This document shows, piece after piece, positions 44,618-53,966 of a stretch of 64,000 nucleotides of DNA (its first letter is position 1; the number at the start of each line of letters is the position of its first letter). The position numbers and the translations under genes were made by a program. The notes under the pieces are model-generated. The model saw only the letters and a list, made by a program, of their open reading frames with translations. It searched no databases and had not been told where the DNA came from. This DNA comes from a virus: IMG/VR virus record IMGVR_UViG_3300045988_079665. One strand, 5' to 3'.

Positions 44618-45149
44618 TAAAGAGGTCTTAGCTATGTTGCATAGCCCTATAGCTAATGCTATCAACTATGTCATAGATAAGATATATGATGAGAATATAG
44701 GCGCGATACATGATATAGTATATATGGCATATAGCCCAGAGGAGTATGAGCGAACTGGGGATTTTTATAGAGCATGGGGCATGGGCGAACCAACTAAAGC
44801 ACTAAATGAAAGAACTACCAGAGGCGAGTTCACATATAAGCCCAATAAGATGAGTATTGGTAGCACTGATCCAAACAGCTCTAGCTATGGACAACATATT
44901 GGTCTAGCCGGTGATTTCTATGGGCAGGATGCGCGACCATACTTAGCCGAATTAATATATAATGGCGCAACTGGCGGCTATTTTGGCGATGGTGCGTTTA
45001 GAAAAAAGCGCGACGCATGGGAAGAATTGAATAAGCGTATAGGTAGACGTAAGATGAAACAATGGATGAAAGAGGGGTTGGAGGCGGCTGGGCTTAAAGT
45101 GCAGATGCACAATAAAGCCATAGAGGTCACGACAACTAAGGTGGACTAG
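44598..45149 (+). CDS. hypothetical protein (183 aa)
   Basis: Own GAGGTG RBS and ATG; TAG stop. Confidence 0.55.
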   Translation: MPQARSNKEVLAMLHSPIANAINYVIDKIYDENIGAIHDIVYMAYSPEEYERTGDFYRAWGMGEPTKALNERTTRGEFTYKPNKMSIGSTDPNSSSYGQHIGLAGDFYGQDARPYLAELIYNGATGGYFGDGAFRKKRDAWEELNKRIGRRKMKQWMKEGLEAAGLKVQMHNKAIEVTTTKVD

Positions 45150-45151
45150 AT

Positions 45152-45670
45152 ATGATTATAGCAGGATTAGATGCTAGTACGTCTTCTACTGGATGGTCTA
45201 TATTTGATAATGGGAGGCTCATTGCATATGGCACAATTAAGCCAAAGGGCGATGATTGGCATGATAGAGTAATGGGACTTACTATGGAATTATCAAGCAT
45301 ATTGAGACAGTATAAGCCAACAATTCTCTATGCTGAGGAAGTGCCATTAAAAAAAGGCGCGTCAACCATAGAGAAATTGGGTGCAGTACAAGGCGTAATA
45401 TTAGCATTATGTGCTGGCTTCAAGATAAAGCCATGCTTCTTGATGCCAAGTAAATGGCGTGGCGACCTTAATCTCTTTGATGGCACAAGAGCTGGTCTAC
45501 AAAGGGATGTTCTGAAAAAAAAAGCCATAGAGATGGCGAATGAAGAATTTAGCCTCGATTTGGCATGGGTTGCCCCAAGTAGCAAAAAAAATGAGGATGA
45601 TTGCGCAGAAGGAATCCTCATAGCCTACTCACAAATAAAAAAAGGGAGTGTGATGAATGGCTGGAAGTAA
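45152..45670 (+). CDS. RuvC-like Holliday junction resolvase
   Basis: MIIAGLDASTSSTGWSIF (first catalytic Asp context), ILYAEEVPL (Glu) and a C-terminal acidic NEDDCAEGILIA. Confidence 0.7.
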   Translation: MIIAGLDASTSSTGWSIFDNGRLIAYGTIKPKGDDWHDRVMGLTMELSSILRQYKPTILYAEEVPLKKGASTIEKLGAVQGVILALCAGFKIKPCFLMPSKWRGDLNLFDGTRAGLQRDVLKKKAIEMANEEFSLDLAWVAPSSKKNEDDCAEGILIAYSQIKKGSVMNGWK

Positions 45671-46055
45671 CTCTCAGTACTCGATTCTGGTTGATGTTCA
45701 GCTACAAGAAGAGAGTATAAAGAAGCAACTTAAAGATATACAAAATAGCAAAGACACCAAGTTAAAGATTGGCGTTACAGCAGATGGAGCAGAACGAACC
45801 AAGACAGAGTTAGATGGTGTAACTCAATCTACTAAAAATCTTGATAATTCTACTAAAGATTTGATGTTTACATATCAACAATATCGTCAAGTCTTAGATA
45901 GTGTAATTAATATCACTGAAAAAATGTATCAGTCAGTGAAATCACTGGATGATGCGCAGACAGAACTAAAGAAGGTGTCTGATCTACAAGGCGCGGCACT
46001 TGATAATTATACTAAGAAATTATCTGAATCTGGAAAGACAGTAGCAAGAACCGGT
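45657..46055 (+). CDS. tail tape measure protein, exon 1 of 3
   Basis: The frame continues seamlessly into 46707 after removal of a group-I-like intron; the exon ends in U, paired to the intron guide GCCGG. Confidence 0.7.
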
Positions 46056-46401
46056 AAACCAAATCGGTCTGAGCCGGTATGTACAGATGGTAAATGTGCA
46101 TAAAGAACAGCTCCTAAACCCTTGAAAGCCTAAAGAGCCTTATCACTACAACATGAGGATTAGATATACCTGAGTGTGAATTATTCATTGTTAACAATGA
46201 ATTAGTGCGAAAGCAGAAAGACGATAAGGATGATTCCATGGTTGAAAGACCTAAAGAATCTGTTGCAAATAATGTATAATATTTGGGACAAAAGGGCAGA
46301 TTGGGCGCGAAGTCCTGATGAGGGATGTGTCAACAGAATATACAGAGCGACCCTCCAATAATATAGGGTGAAGAATTATTCGGGAAGGGATTGAAAACCC
46401 C

Positions 46402-46430
46402 TTGACAAATTATTTAAGATGTGATAGTAT
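46402..46430 (+). promoter_or_regulatory. promoter TTGACA-17-TAGTAT inside intron 1
   Basis: Consensus -35, 17-nt spacer and a good -10, followed by the hairpin gtagata/tatctac and an RBS. Confidence 0.6.
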
Positions 46431-46470
46431 GTAGATACTTAAATAATATCTACGAAAGGAAGTATTTATT

Positions 46471-46692
46471 ATGTATCTATCTATTGCGACATTTGTTCTT
46501 ATAGGCCCATTGATTGTCATTTGTGGTTGGGTAATTATCGTTAAGGATATTATTCATTGGATGGAAAAAGACAATGAAGAGGTAGACAAACAGCTGAAAG
46601 AAAAATATAATGTGCGCAATGAAACGCCAGAAGAGGAAGAGGCGCGTGTTGAAGAATACGGGCTTGATGACCAATGGAGTATTCTTAAATAA
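46471..46692 (+). CDS. intron-borne small membrane protein (73 aa) with acidic tail
   Basis: N-terminal TM IATFVLIGPLIVICGWVIIV; GAAAGGAAG RBS; no endonuclease motifs. Confidence 0.55.
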   Translation: MYLSIATFVLIGPLIVICGWVIIVKDIIHWMEKDNEEVDKQLKEKYNVRNETPEEEEARVEEYGLDDQWSILK

Positions 46693-46706
46693 TTTGTAAA
46701 TAACTG

Positions 46707-47258
46707 TCAGAAATGGTTTCTGCGGCTACTATGTTTAGGAAGTCCGGCTTTAATGATTCTGATGCCGTGATACTAGCAAAGGTAGCCGCACAATATCAAA
46801 ACGTAGCGGATACTGCGGTGTCAGCAGAAGATGCCGTCGCATCTATTGTTTCTCAGATTCGCGCATTTGGCAAGGATGCAAGCTTTGCCACTACGGTAAT
46901 CGACGCATATAACGAAGTAGCAAATCGTTTTAGTGTAGGTACTAATGACCTATCTAATGCCATGGAAATTGCATCTAGCGGTATGGCTACTTATGGCAAT
47001 GAATTCTCTGAAATCATTGGGTTAGTTACCGCAGGTACAGAAATCATGTCAGGACGCAGCTCACAGGTTGCTAGAGGCTTATCCACAATTGCATCTCGTA
47101 TTGTAAAAAATCAAGATGCTCTTGCAGAATATGGTATCACAGTAAAAAATGTAGATGGTAGTTTAAAAAGCACATATGACGTGCTTGCTGAATTGAAGCC
47201 AAAATGGGATTCAATGACAGATGCTCAAAGAACTGCTTTAGGCGATACTATAGCTGGT
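46707..47258 (+). CDS. tail tape measure protein, exon 2 of 3
   Basis: Contains a typical TMP core (AQYQNVADT...AYNEVANRFS...LVTAGTEIMSGRSSQVARGL). Confidence 0.75.
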
Positions 47259-48826
47259 TAAATTGATTTAGCCAGAGACAGACTTAATTGACGGGAAAGA
47301 ACAGGGTCGGACTTGTTATCTGTGCATTCGCATGGATGCCTAAGAGCCTTATACACCAACTTATTATGGCGACATAATAGGGGTCTAAACTAATCATTTA
47401 GAGTATGGTAAAAGAGATGAGGATATATGGTCAATCCGCAACGAAGCATCTATTGGAATATAGATGAACGCTCAACGAACATCGAAAGCAACCAATAAGT
47501 ATTGGTAAATGTAACTAACGATAGTTAGAATAAGCCGTTTAACGGACGAAGCGAGTAGAGTAAGCGATAGTGCTAGTCGCTGAAAGAGTCTGCGTATTAC
47601 AGTATTGTAATATAAAATATGTTCTATTCCTATGCGAAAGGCATAGGCAATGATATTATCAAAATGTGATTGATGGAGGAAGGTGAAAACATATCAAGAC
47701 TAACAAAGGAAAAAGTTGATGATATATTGATGTCAAGAGGGCTAAAGCTAAAAGACGATGTATATATTTCAAGTAAATCTAAAATTCACTGTGTAGACGA
47801 ATATGGATATGAGTACAGTTTAACATTAGATAATATACAAGATAAGAGAACGGTTAGTTTTGCTAGATATTCTGTACGAAATCCATATACATTGCACAAT
47901 TTGAATCTATTTATAAAAGAAAATGAGCTTGAATGCGAATTGCTTTCTACAGAGAATCCTAAAAGTGAAAAAGACAAGTTAGAGTTTAGATGCAAATGTG
48001 GCAAACATTATTTTCTATGTTATAATCATCTATTGATGAATCAAAAAGATACTTGCAATGAATGTGGAAGAGCAAGGGAAAGTAGATATACTCCGGAATA
48101 TATAAATAGCATTATATCTGTTTTAGGCTACTCTTTGATACCAAATACTCCTGCGTCATACCGTTCTGTTTGTGTGCAAGATAATGATGGATACAAATAT
48201 AAGGCAACGTTACCAAATTTGATGAATGGTGCAACGCCTATCAAATTTCATAAACTCAATCCATATACAATAGAGAACATGAAGTTGTTTCTAGCTTCTA
48301 ATAAGTATCCAGTTAAACTTTTAGAGCCAGATGATAAAGTGATAGAAGTACGAACAGATTATCTTAAATTTTCTTGTTGCGTATGTGGTTCTGAGTATAT
48401 GGCGACTTGGGGACAAGTGGTAGAAACAGATAGATTTAGATGCGAAAAATGTGTTAAGAAACAATCAAATCTATCATATTATGTTGAACAATATTTAATA
48501 GAAAAAGATGTTGAATATATTAGAGAATTTAGATTTGATGATTGCCGTTACAAAAGAGCATTACCGTTTGATTTTTATTTGCCATTACATAATTATGTTA
48601 TTGAGGTAAATGGCGATCAGCACTATTATGAGAATCCAATGTTCCAACAATCTCTTGACGAAAGACAGAAAATAGATAAAATTAAAGAAAATTATTGTAA
48701 AGAAAATAACATAGGATTTTTAGCAATGCCACGATGGTGGATTCAAAACAAATATGAAGTAAAAAGATATAAACAAGAAATAGATAATATCGTTGGGCGA
48801 GATTAGCACCCTCGTTTAATAAAAAG
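47259..48826 (+). mobile_element. group I intron 2 in the tape measure gene (carries a homing endonuclease ORF)
   Basis: P1: exon ctggU with intron Gccag (47271..47275). P10: intron attgattt (47262..47269) with exon-3 aaatcaat (48829..48836). The last intron base is G (48826). Confidence 0.7.
47673..48806 (+). CDS. intron-encoded putative homing endonuclease (Vsr/DUF559-like PD-(D/E)xK C-terminal domain, CxxC repeats)
   Basis: C-terminal FDFYLPLHNYVIEVNGDQHY fits the restriction-endonuclease-like fold; repeated CKCG/CNECG/CCVCG/CEKC zinc-ribbon modules. Confidence 0.6.
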   Translation: MEEGENISRLTKEKVDDILMSRGLKLKDDVYISSKSKIHCVDEYGYEYSLTLDNIQDKRTVSFARYSVRNPYTLHNLNLFIKENELECELLSTENPKSEKDKLEFRCKCGKHYFLCYNHLLMNQKDTCNECGRARESRYTPEYINSIISVLGYSLIPNTPASYRSVCVQDNDGYKYKATLPNLMNGATPIKFHKLNPYTIENMKLFLASNKYPVKLLEPDDKVIEVRTDYLKFSCCVCGSEYMATWGQVVETDRFRCEKCVKKQSNLSYYVEQYLIEKDVEYIREFRFDDCRYKRALPFDFYLPLHNYVIEVNGDQHYYENPMFQQSLDERQKIDKIKENYCKENNIGFLAMPRWWIQNKYEVKRYKQEIDNIVGRD

Positions 48827-51800
48827 ACAAATCAATATAAAGTCCTTGCTGCTGTTATGCAGAACTTTGAACATGCTACAGATGCAACAAAAGTAGCGCT
48901 CAACTCTGCGGGCTCTGCTGCACATGAAAATGAACGTTATATGGAGAGCCTCGAAGCAAAAGTTCAAGCTGTAAAGGCTGAATTTGAAGATTTCTCTAAT
49001 CGTGTATTGTCAAAAGAATTAGTATCTGGATTCCTTGATGCCGGACAGGCAGTTCTACAATTTGTGAATACAGATTTTGGCGCATCATTGACAAGAATAG
49101 CCGGTGTTGGTACTGCCGTTGCTAGCACACTTGGCTTGATTGGCACAATGGGCGCTAAGTTGGTACTTGTAGCAAAACAGCTGCAAAATGTAGGCGGAGC
49201 AACTGGGTTATTAGGATTGCTAACAACACCAAAAACAGTGCTTGCCATTGGTGGCGTTGTGGCTGCACTTACAGCCATGTTCGAGATAATGAAAGCCATT
49301 GATGGGATTGATGACAAGAAGCTCACATCTCTCAGTGATACATTGCAAACAACAAATGATAAAATAGCTGAAATGTCAGCTGATGGCTCTGAATATGATA
49401 CACTAATTAAAAAGGCGGGCAATCTTACAGAACAAGAAGAGGCGCGACTTGGTATTTTACAAGCACAGTTAGATACTCTAAAGAAGCAATCAGTTGAAGA
49501 AAATAAGGCATATTATACCGAGTGGCAAAAACAACAGCAAAAAGGTGACAGCAGATGGGAATATGGTGAAGGTGATGGTACAGGTACTACATTAACATTT
49601 GAGGGACAGACATATACTTTCTATACAACGACTAAAGCCGAAGAAGCGACACGGAATTTAAGCGCAGCGATTGTTGATTTACAACAAAAATATGACAATG
49701 GAATGTCACAGCAAGAATATATTGCTGGGTTACAAAATATAATTGATGGTGCTCAAGAAACATATGACAATATTCTTGCGTTAAAAGACCTGTATGCAGA
49801 GACCGGGGATGAACAATATAAGCTCACACAACAGCAAGAGATATTTGTTGACATCATTGAGCATCAAAAAGAAGTTGTAGCTGGTCTTGGCGCAGAATAT
49901 GCACAAAATTCTGAGGATATTGGACAATTTGGCGATGCAGTAGAAGAATCAGCCTCTAAGCTAGATACATATGTTTCCGCTCTTGATGAATATCGTGGTG
50001 CAAATGAAGATGCGGCCAGTTCGTCTGAGATTCTTGTCAATTCCCTATTTGACGCAAATGGACAATTGACAGAAGCCGCCAAACAAGCGTTAACCACAGA
50101 TGGTGCTATGGCAAGCATGGCGCAATCATTTATTCAGGCACAGCAAGCACAAGCACAGGCAGATTTTAGCGCATTGATATTGGCTATTAGTAAAGTTGGA
50201 GAAGCGGCTATGGTTACAACCAGCCAATTAGCAACTATGATGGCTATGGCTGGCGTTGATATTTCTGGCGGAGAAACAAGTGCAGTAGCAAGCCTGAGGC
50301 ATCAATATTATCTTGAAACCGGTAAAGGTAGTACATCTGGGTCTAAAATGGTGGGCGGCAAAGTTGAAATGCAGAACACCAAAGAATTTACAGATTGGGC
50401 AGCTTCATATATCCAAAAACAAGCACAAGAAAAATTTGAGAAGCAACAAAAAGAGTATGCTGATAAGCTCAAGCAGATAGGTACATTTGTCCCATCTGGT
50501 GGAGGAGGTGGCGGTGGTTCATCCAGAACCAAGCAAGACCAAGAAGAAGTTAAAGCTCAAACCATCAATACCATTGAAGAACTGCGTGAATATTTAACTG
50601 ATGAATCAACTCGCCTCAAGTTAATTGACCCAGATATTAGTAAATCTGATTTACAGTCAACTCTATCAGAAGTAGCTACTATATATCAATCCTATCAGGA
50701 TTATCTATCTCAGCTCAAGCAACAGGGATTTGATGAAACAAGTGAACAGTATCAACAAGCCGAGGCTGAATTTGCTCAATTTGTTGAAGTATTAAAAACG
50801 CTGTTCACACAACTTGTATCTGGTGGCAAATACAGCGTAGATGAGCTTGTTGGGTATATTGAACAAAATTGTGGCAATCTATCAACCACCATTAGCGGGA
50901 TGCTAAGTGGATTGAAAACAGAGGTTCAATCGACAATAGCATCTATATCTGCTTCTACGCATCAAGCATTTGCTTCTGGCGACGCTAACAGTATTATTGG
51001 CTCGATTGAAAATGCTTGGGATATGATTAGCTCTATGGGAAGCTCTATAGATGAGTCTTATAGCTCTGCCGTAGATGAGATTATAGCAAAAGCTGAGCAA
51101 GAATCAGAGGTTGCCCAAGAAGTAGCGGATAAATACGAATGGCAAAACAAGCTACTTGAGGATAAGATAGCTCTTGAAGAAAAGTTAGAGGCACTTGAAA
51201 AAGCAAAACAGCGGCGCATGCTTGTATATAGCGAAGGTCGCTTCCAATATATGCAAGATGTTGATAAAATATCTTCTGCACAAGCTGAATATCAAGAAAC
51301 ATATAGAGGTGTTGAGCAAAGCCAGATTCAAGGACTTTTGGATAAGATAGGCGAAGAATCATCCGAGTTCTTTGCTGACTATTTTACAAAAGCTAAAGAG
51401 AAAGGATACGGCGACCTTCCAAGTAGTAGCATACAGGCATATCCATCGGTGTTGAAAAAGCACCTAATGGATTATCTTGAAAAGCAAACAAAAGGAACAG
51501 TTCTTGAAGGCGCGGACGAAAGCCAACTAGAAAAGATTTTTGGTTCAGCTATGAAACCGGGCGAAGCATATGCACAACTTGCAGCCGCTGAAGCCGCAAG
51601 ACAAGCTGCCGCAGATGAAAGAGCTGAACGAAAAGCAGAGTTAAAAAAGCAAATTCAGGAAGAAAACGTAAAATATTACGGAGTTCAAACTGACTTTGGT
51701 GAGAAGATATTAAACGCACAAACCCAAGCAGAGGTTGAATATTGGACTAAGCTTAGAGATACCAAGCAACAGATGATTAAGGAATATAGAGAGGCATATG

Positions 51801-52480
51801 GTGATGAAGCCGCCTCAAAATATTTCGGAACAGATGTTAGTAAGCAAGAAGAATGGAAATCTAATAAAGACTTATATAAAGAGGCTTACGAGTCTGGTAG
51901 TGAAGCTTGGAGAACTAAAAAAGCCGAGTTCGAAAGGCAACATTATTTTGACGAAAAAGATAAATATACTGAAAAGAATCCAGACCTCACAGTAGCACAG
52001 TATAATGCTGCGACCGCTGTTGATATGGAAGGATTAGGCGAGCAGAGATTATATGACAGAATATTTAGAGGCTCTATCACTAAGTCTGAGATTCAAGACC
52101 TATATAACAAGTCAAAATCTGACATTTCTAAGGGCTACTTGCTTAATCTAGCATCTGAGATGCATAAAGCTGGTTATCAGGGATATGCTAGAGGAACTAC
52201 AAAAGCTGGCGGTGGCTTATCTCTAGTTGGTGAAAACGGCCCAGAACTAAGAGTGCTGAATCAGGGCGATGGTATATTACCTAACAGCATCACAGATAAT
52301 CTATGGCGATGGGGCTCTATGACTCCTAGTGATATGCTGGCTTCTTTGGCTCAAAAAGCACAGAATTGGGCGCAAACGCTTAATATTAGTAATGTCACAT
52401 TGCCAAATGTACGTGACGCTCAATCGTTCGTAACAGGACTTAGAGAATTGGCGCAACAATATGTGACAAGACGTAGTTAA
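48827..52480 (+). CDS. tail tape measure protein, exon 3 of 3
   Basis: The junction gives ...GDTIAG|TNQYKVLAAVMQNF..., a typical TMP continuation. Long coiled-coil, Gly-run and hydrophobic segments; the spliced product is 1534 aa. Confidence 0.8.
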   Translation, partial: TNQYKVLAAVMQNFEHATDATKVALNSAGSAAHENERYMESLEAKVQAVKAEFEDFSNRVLSKELVSGFLDAGQAVLQFVNTDFGASLTRIAGVGTAVASTLGLIGTMGAKLVLVAKQLQNVGGATGLLGLLTTPKTVLAIGGVVAALTAMFEIMKAIDGIDDKKLTSLSDTLQTTNDKIAEMSADGSEYDTLIKKAGNLTEQEEARLGILQAQLDTLKKQSVEENKAYYTEWQKQQQKGDSRWEYGEGDGTGTTLTFEGQTYTFYTTTKAEEATRNLSAAIVDLQQKYDNGMSQQEYIAGLQNIIDGAQETYDNILALKDLYAETGDEQYKLTQQQEIFVDIIEHQKEVVAGLGAEYAQNSEDIGQFGDAVEESASKLDTYVSALDEYRGANEDAASSSEILVNSLFDANGQLTEAAKQALTTDGAMASMAQSFIQAQQAQAQADFSALILAISKVGEAAMVTTSQLATMMAMAGVDISGGETSAVASLRHQYYLETGKGSTSGSKMVGGKVEMQNTKEFTDWAASYIQKQAQEKFEKQQKEYADKLKQIGTFVPSGGGGGGGSSRTKQDQEEVKAQTINTIEELREYLTDESTRLKLIDPDISKSDLQSTLSEVATIYQSYQDYLSQLKQQGFDETSEQYQQAEAEFAQFVEVLKTLFTQLVSGGKYSVDELVGYIEQNCGNLSTTISGMLSGLKTEVQSTIASISASTHQAFASGDANSIIGSIENAWDMISSMGSSIDESYSSAVDEIIAKAEQESEVAQEVADKYEWQNKLLEDKIALEEKLEALEKAKQRRMLVYSEGRFQYMQDVDKISSAQAEYQETYRGVEQSQIQGLLDKIGEESSEFFADYFTKAKEKGYGDLPSSSIQAYPSVLKKHLMDYLEKQTKGTVLEGADESQLEKIFGSAMKPGEAYAQLAAAEAARQAAADERAERKAELKKQIQEENVKYYGVQTDFGEKILNAQTQAEVEYWTKLRDTKQQMIKEYREAYGDEAASKYFGTDVSKQEEWKSNKDLYKEAYESGSEAWRTKKAEFERQHYFDEKDKYTEKNPDLTVAQYNAATAVDMEGLGEQRLYDRIFRGSITKSEIQDLYNKSKSDISKGYLLNLASEMHKAGYQGYARGTTKAGGGLSLVGENGPELRVLNQGDGILPNSITDNLWRWGSMTPSDMLASLAQKAQNWAQTLNISNVTLPNVRDAQSFVTGLRELAQQYVTRRS

Positions 52481-52486
52481 CATAAC

Positions 52487-52518
52487 ATCCTAGTAGGTTG
52501 AAATATACCTACTAGGAT
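52487..52518 (+). terminator. hairpin terminator after the tape measure gene
   Basis: 11-bp perfect stem atcctagtagg/cctactaggat followed by tattt. Confidence 0.65.
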
Positions 52519-52538
52519 TATTTAAAAGAGGTGATTTA

Positions 52539-52868
52539 GTGTTACCTAGTGAAGAATTATTACAATCCATAGACATCTTGGCACAAAATGCGGTCAAAGA
52601 TGTGGTTAAGATATATACAGCTATAGTAACAGCTATAGCCAATAATGGCACATGCTCAGTTAGAATAAATGGCAAGACGCATAGTAATATAGCATATTAT
52701 GGGGATGCGCCTAGTGTAAATAAAAGCTATAGGGTATTCTGTCCAAATGGCTCATTAAATCAAGCATTTATTATTACAGAATTTAATTTACCGCCATATA
52801 CAAAAGAGGATGCTGGAAAGGTCTTGTCAATAGATTCAGAAGGAAAGCTAATTTGGAAAACATTATAG
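52539..52868 (+). CDS. hypothetical tail protein (109 aa, GTG start)
   Basis: AAAGAGGTG RBS; first gene after the TMP. Confidence 0.5.
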   Translation: MLPSEELLQSIDILAQNAVKDVVKIYTAIVTAIANNGTCSVRINGKTHSNIAYYGDAPSVNKSYRVFCPNGSLNQAFIITEFNLPPYTKEDAGKVLSIDSEGKLIWKTL

Positions 52869-52883
52869 GAAGGAGGATGAGAT

Positions 52884-53966
52884 ATGGCTTTAACAAAACC
52901 TAGTTTATATCCAGTAGCCGCATTCGATGCAAGCAAAGAGCAGAAGTTTAAGTTCTACTCACAAGGCGGCTCTCAGGTCACAGGTAACATATTAACAATA
53001 AAAAATAATGCAACGTTGGCTCAGGTATATAAACAGACGGTTACATCATTTGCTTATATTCATACATTACCAGCCAACACATTAACCAATGGTGTGCGAT
53101 ATCAGGCAACAATCCAGACCATTGACGCACAGGGCAATATATCAGTTGAATCTGATCCAATTTTATTCTATTGCTATACTCAGCCTACTTTAGCGTTTAC
53201 TAATATACCAGCAAGCAATAATATTCCGAACGCATCATTTGAATTTGAGGCACAATATAATCAGGCTGAATCTGAGCCATTGGCGCAATATCAGTTTAAT
53301 CTATATGACGCTCAGGGTGATTTGGTAGCAACTAGTGGCGTTAAGTATCTACAGAATCAAGCTGTGCCAACAACCATATCATATATGTTCTCAGGATTTG
53401 AGGATAAGTTGACATATCAAATTGAGGTTGTTGGGCAGACTGTAGAAGGAACGGTTGTAGAATCAGGCAAGACTAGTATATATATTGTTTACTATGTGCC
53501 GCGTGTATACACAACCATGTACCTAACCAATAATTGTCGTGATGGTTACGTAACCATTGAGAATAATATGGTTGGTATTCCGGGTGATTCTAATCCGTAT
53601 CCTCCTATCTATATTGATGGCAAAGAGGTTGACCTTAGAGCTGATGGCTCATGGGTAGAATGGAAGGACAACTATGAGATAGCTGGCGATTATACCATGG
53701 GTATATGGGGACGCGACTTCAATCCTAATTCAACCATCCTAACATTTACTAATGATGATGGAGCAACTGTCACAATATCATATTATGAAACAAATACACA
53801 AGCATGGGTTGAACTTGTGGCTATTCATCCAAAATGGCGGCATTATTACAACATCGTATCTAACAAAATAGCCAAGCCAGCTGATACAGAATATCTATTT
53901 ATCTGGAATCGGCGCATCAACAATGTATATGACTTAAAAATTGAGAATAGAGGTGAGACGGTATGA
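52884..53966 (+). CDS. probable distal tail protein (360 aa)
   Basis: Position downstream of the TMP only. Confidence 0.45.
   Translation: MALTKPSLYPVAAFDASKEQKFKFYSQGGSQVTGNILTIKNNATLAQVYKQTVTSFAYIHTLPANTLTNGVRYQATIQTIDAQGNISVESDPILFYCYTQPTLAFTNIPASNNIPNASFEFEAQYNQAESEPLAQYQFNLYDAQGDLVATSGVKYLQNQAVPTTISYMFSGFEDKLTYQIEVVGQTVEGTVVESGKTSIYIVYYVPRVYTTMYLTNNCRDGYVTIENNMVGIPGDSNPYPPIYIDGKEVDLRADGSWVEWKDNYEIAGDYTMGIWGRDFNPNSTILTFTNDDGATVTISYYETNTQAWVELVAIHPKWRHYYNIVSNKIAKPADTEYLFIWNRRINNVYDLKIENRGETV

Larger units (their letters stand above)
46056..46706 (+). mobile_element. group I intron 1 in the tape measure gene (carries a promoter plus a 73-aa ORF)
   Basis: P1: exon ccggU with intron Gccgg (46073..46077). 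P10: intron tctga (46068..46072) with exon-2 tcaga (46707..46711). The last intron base is G; shares gcctaa(a)gagccttat with intron 2. Confidence 0.65.

Noticed and set aside
44222-45149. Programmed -1 frameshift chaperone pair (G/GT-like) upstream of the tape measure gene
   Set aside because: The second ORF has its own GAGGTG RBS and ATG in the 20-nt overlap, and no slippery heptamer was seen. A RuvC-like gene also lies between it and the tape measure gene.
46056-48826. Group II introns, inteins or simply three separate genes as explanations for the split tape measure gene
   Set aside because: There are no GUGYG...AY boundaries and no reverse transcriptase. The interruptions contain stop codons in frame, which excludes inteins. 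The P1/P10 pairings with a U.G at the 5' splice site and a terminal G fit group I introns.
50485-50525. Poly-Gly run (SGGGGGGSS) in the tape measure protein as a possible frameshift or repeat-expansion site
   Set aside because: The frame is intact across it, and Gly-rich linkers are common in tape measure proteins.
48964-52483. Minus-strand ORFs within tape measure exon 3, plus plus-strand alternate-frame ORF 51798..51995
   Set aside because: They are shadow ORFs produced by the Ala/Gln/Glu-rich codon periodicity of the tape measure gene. They have no start signals.
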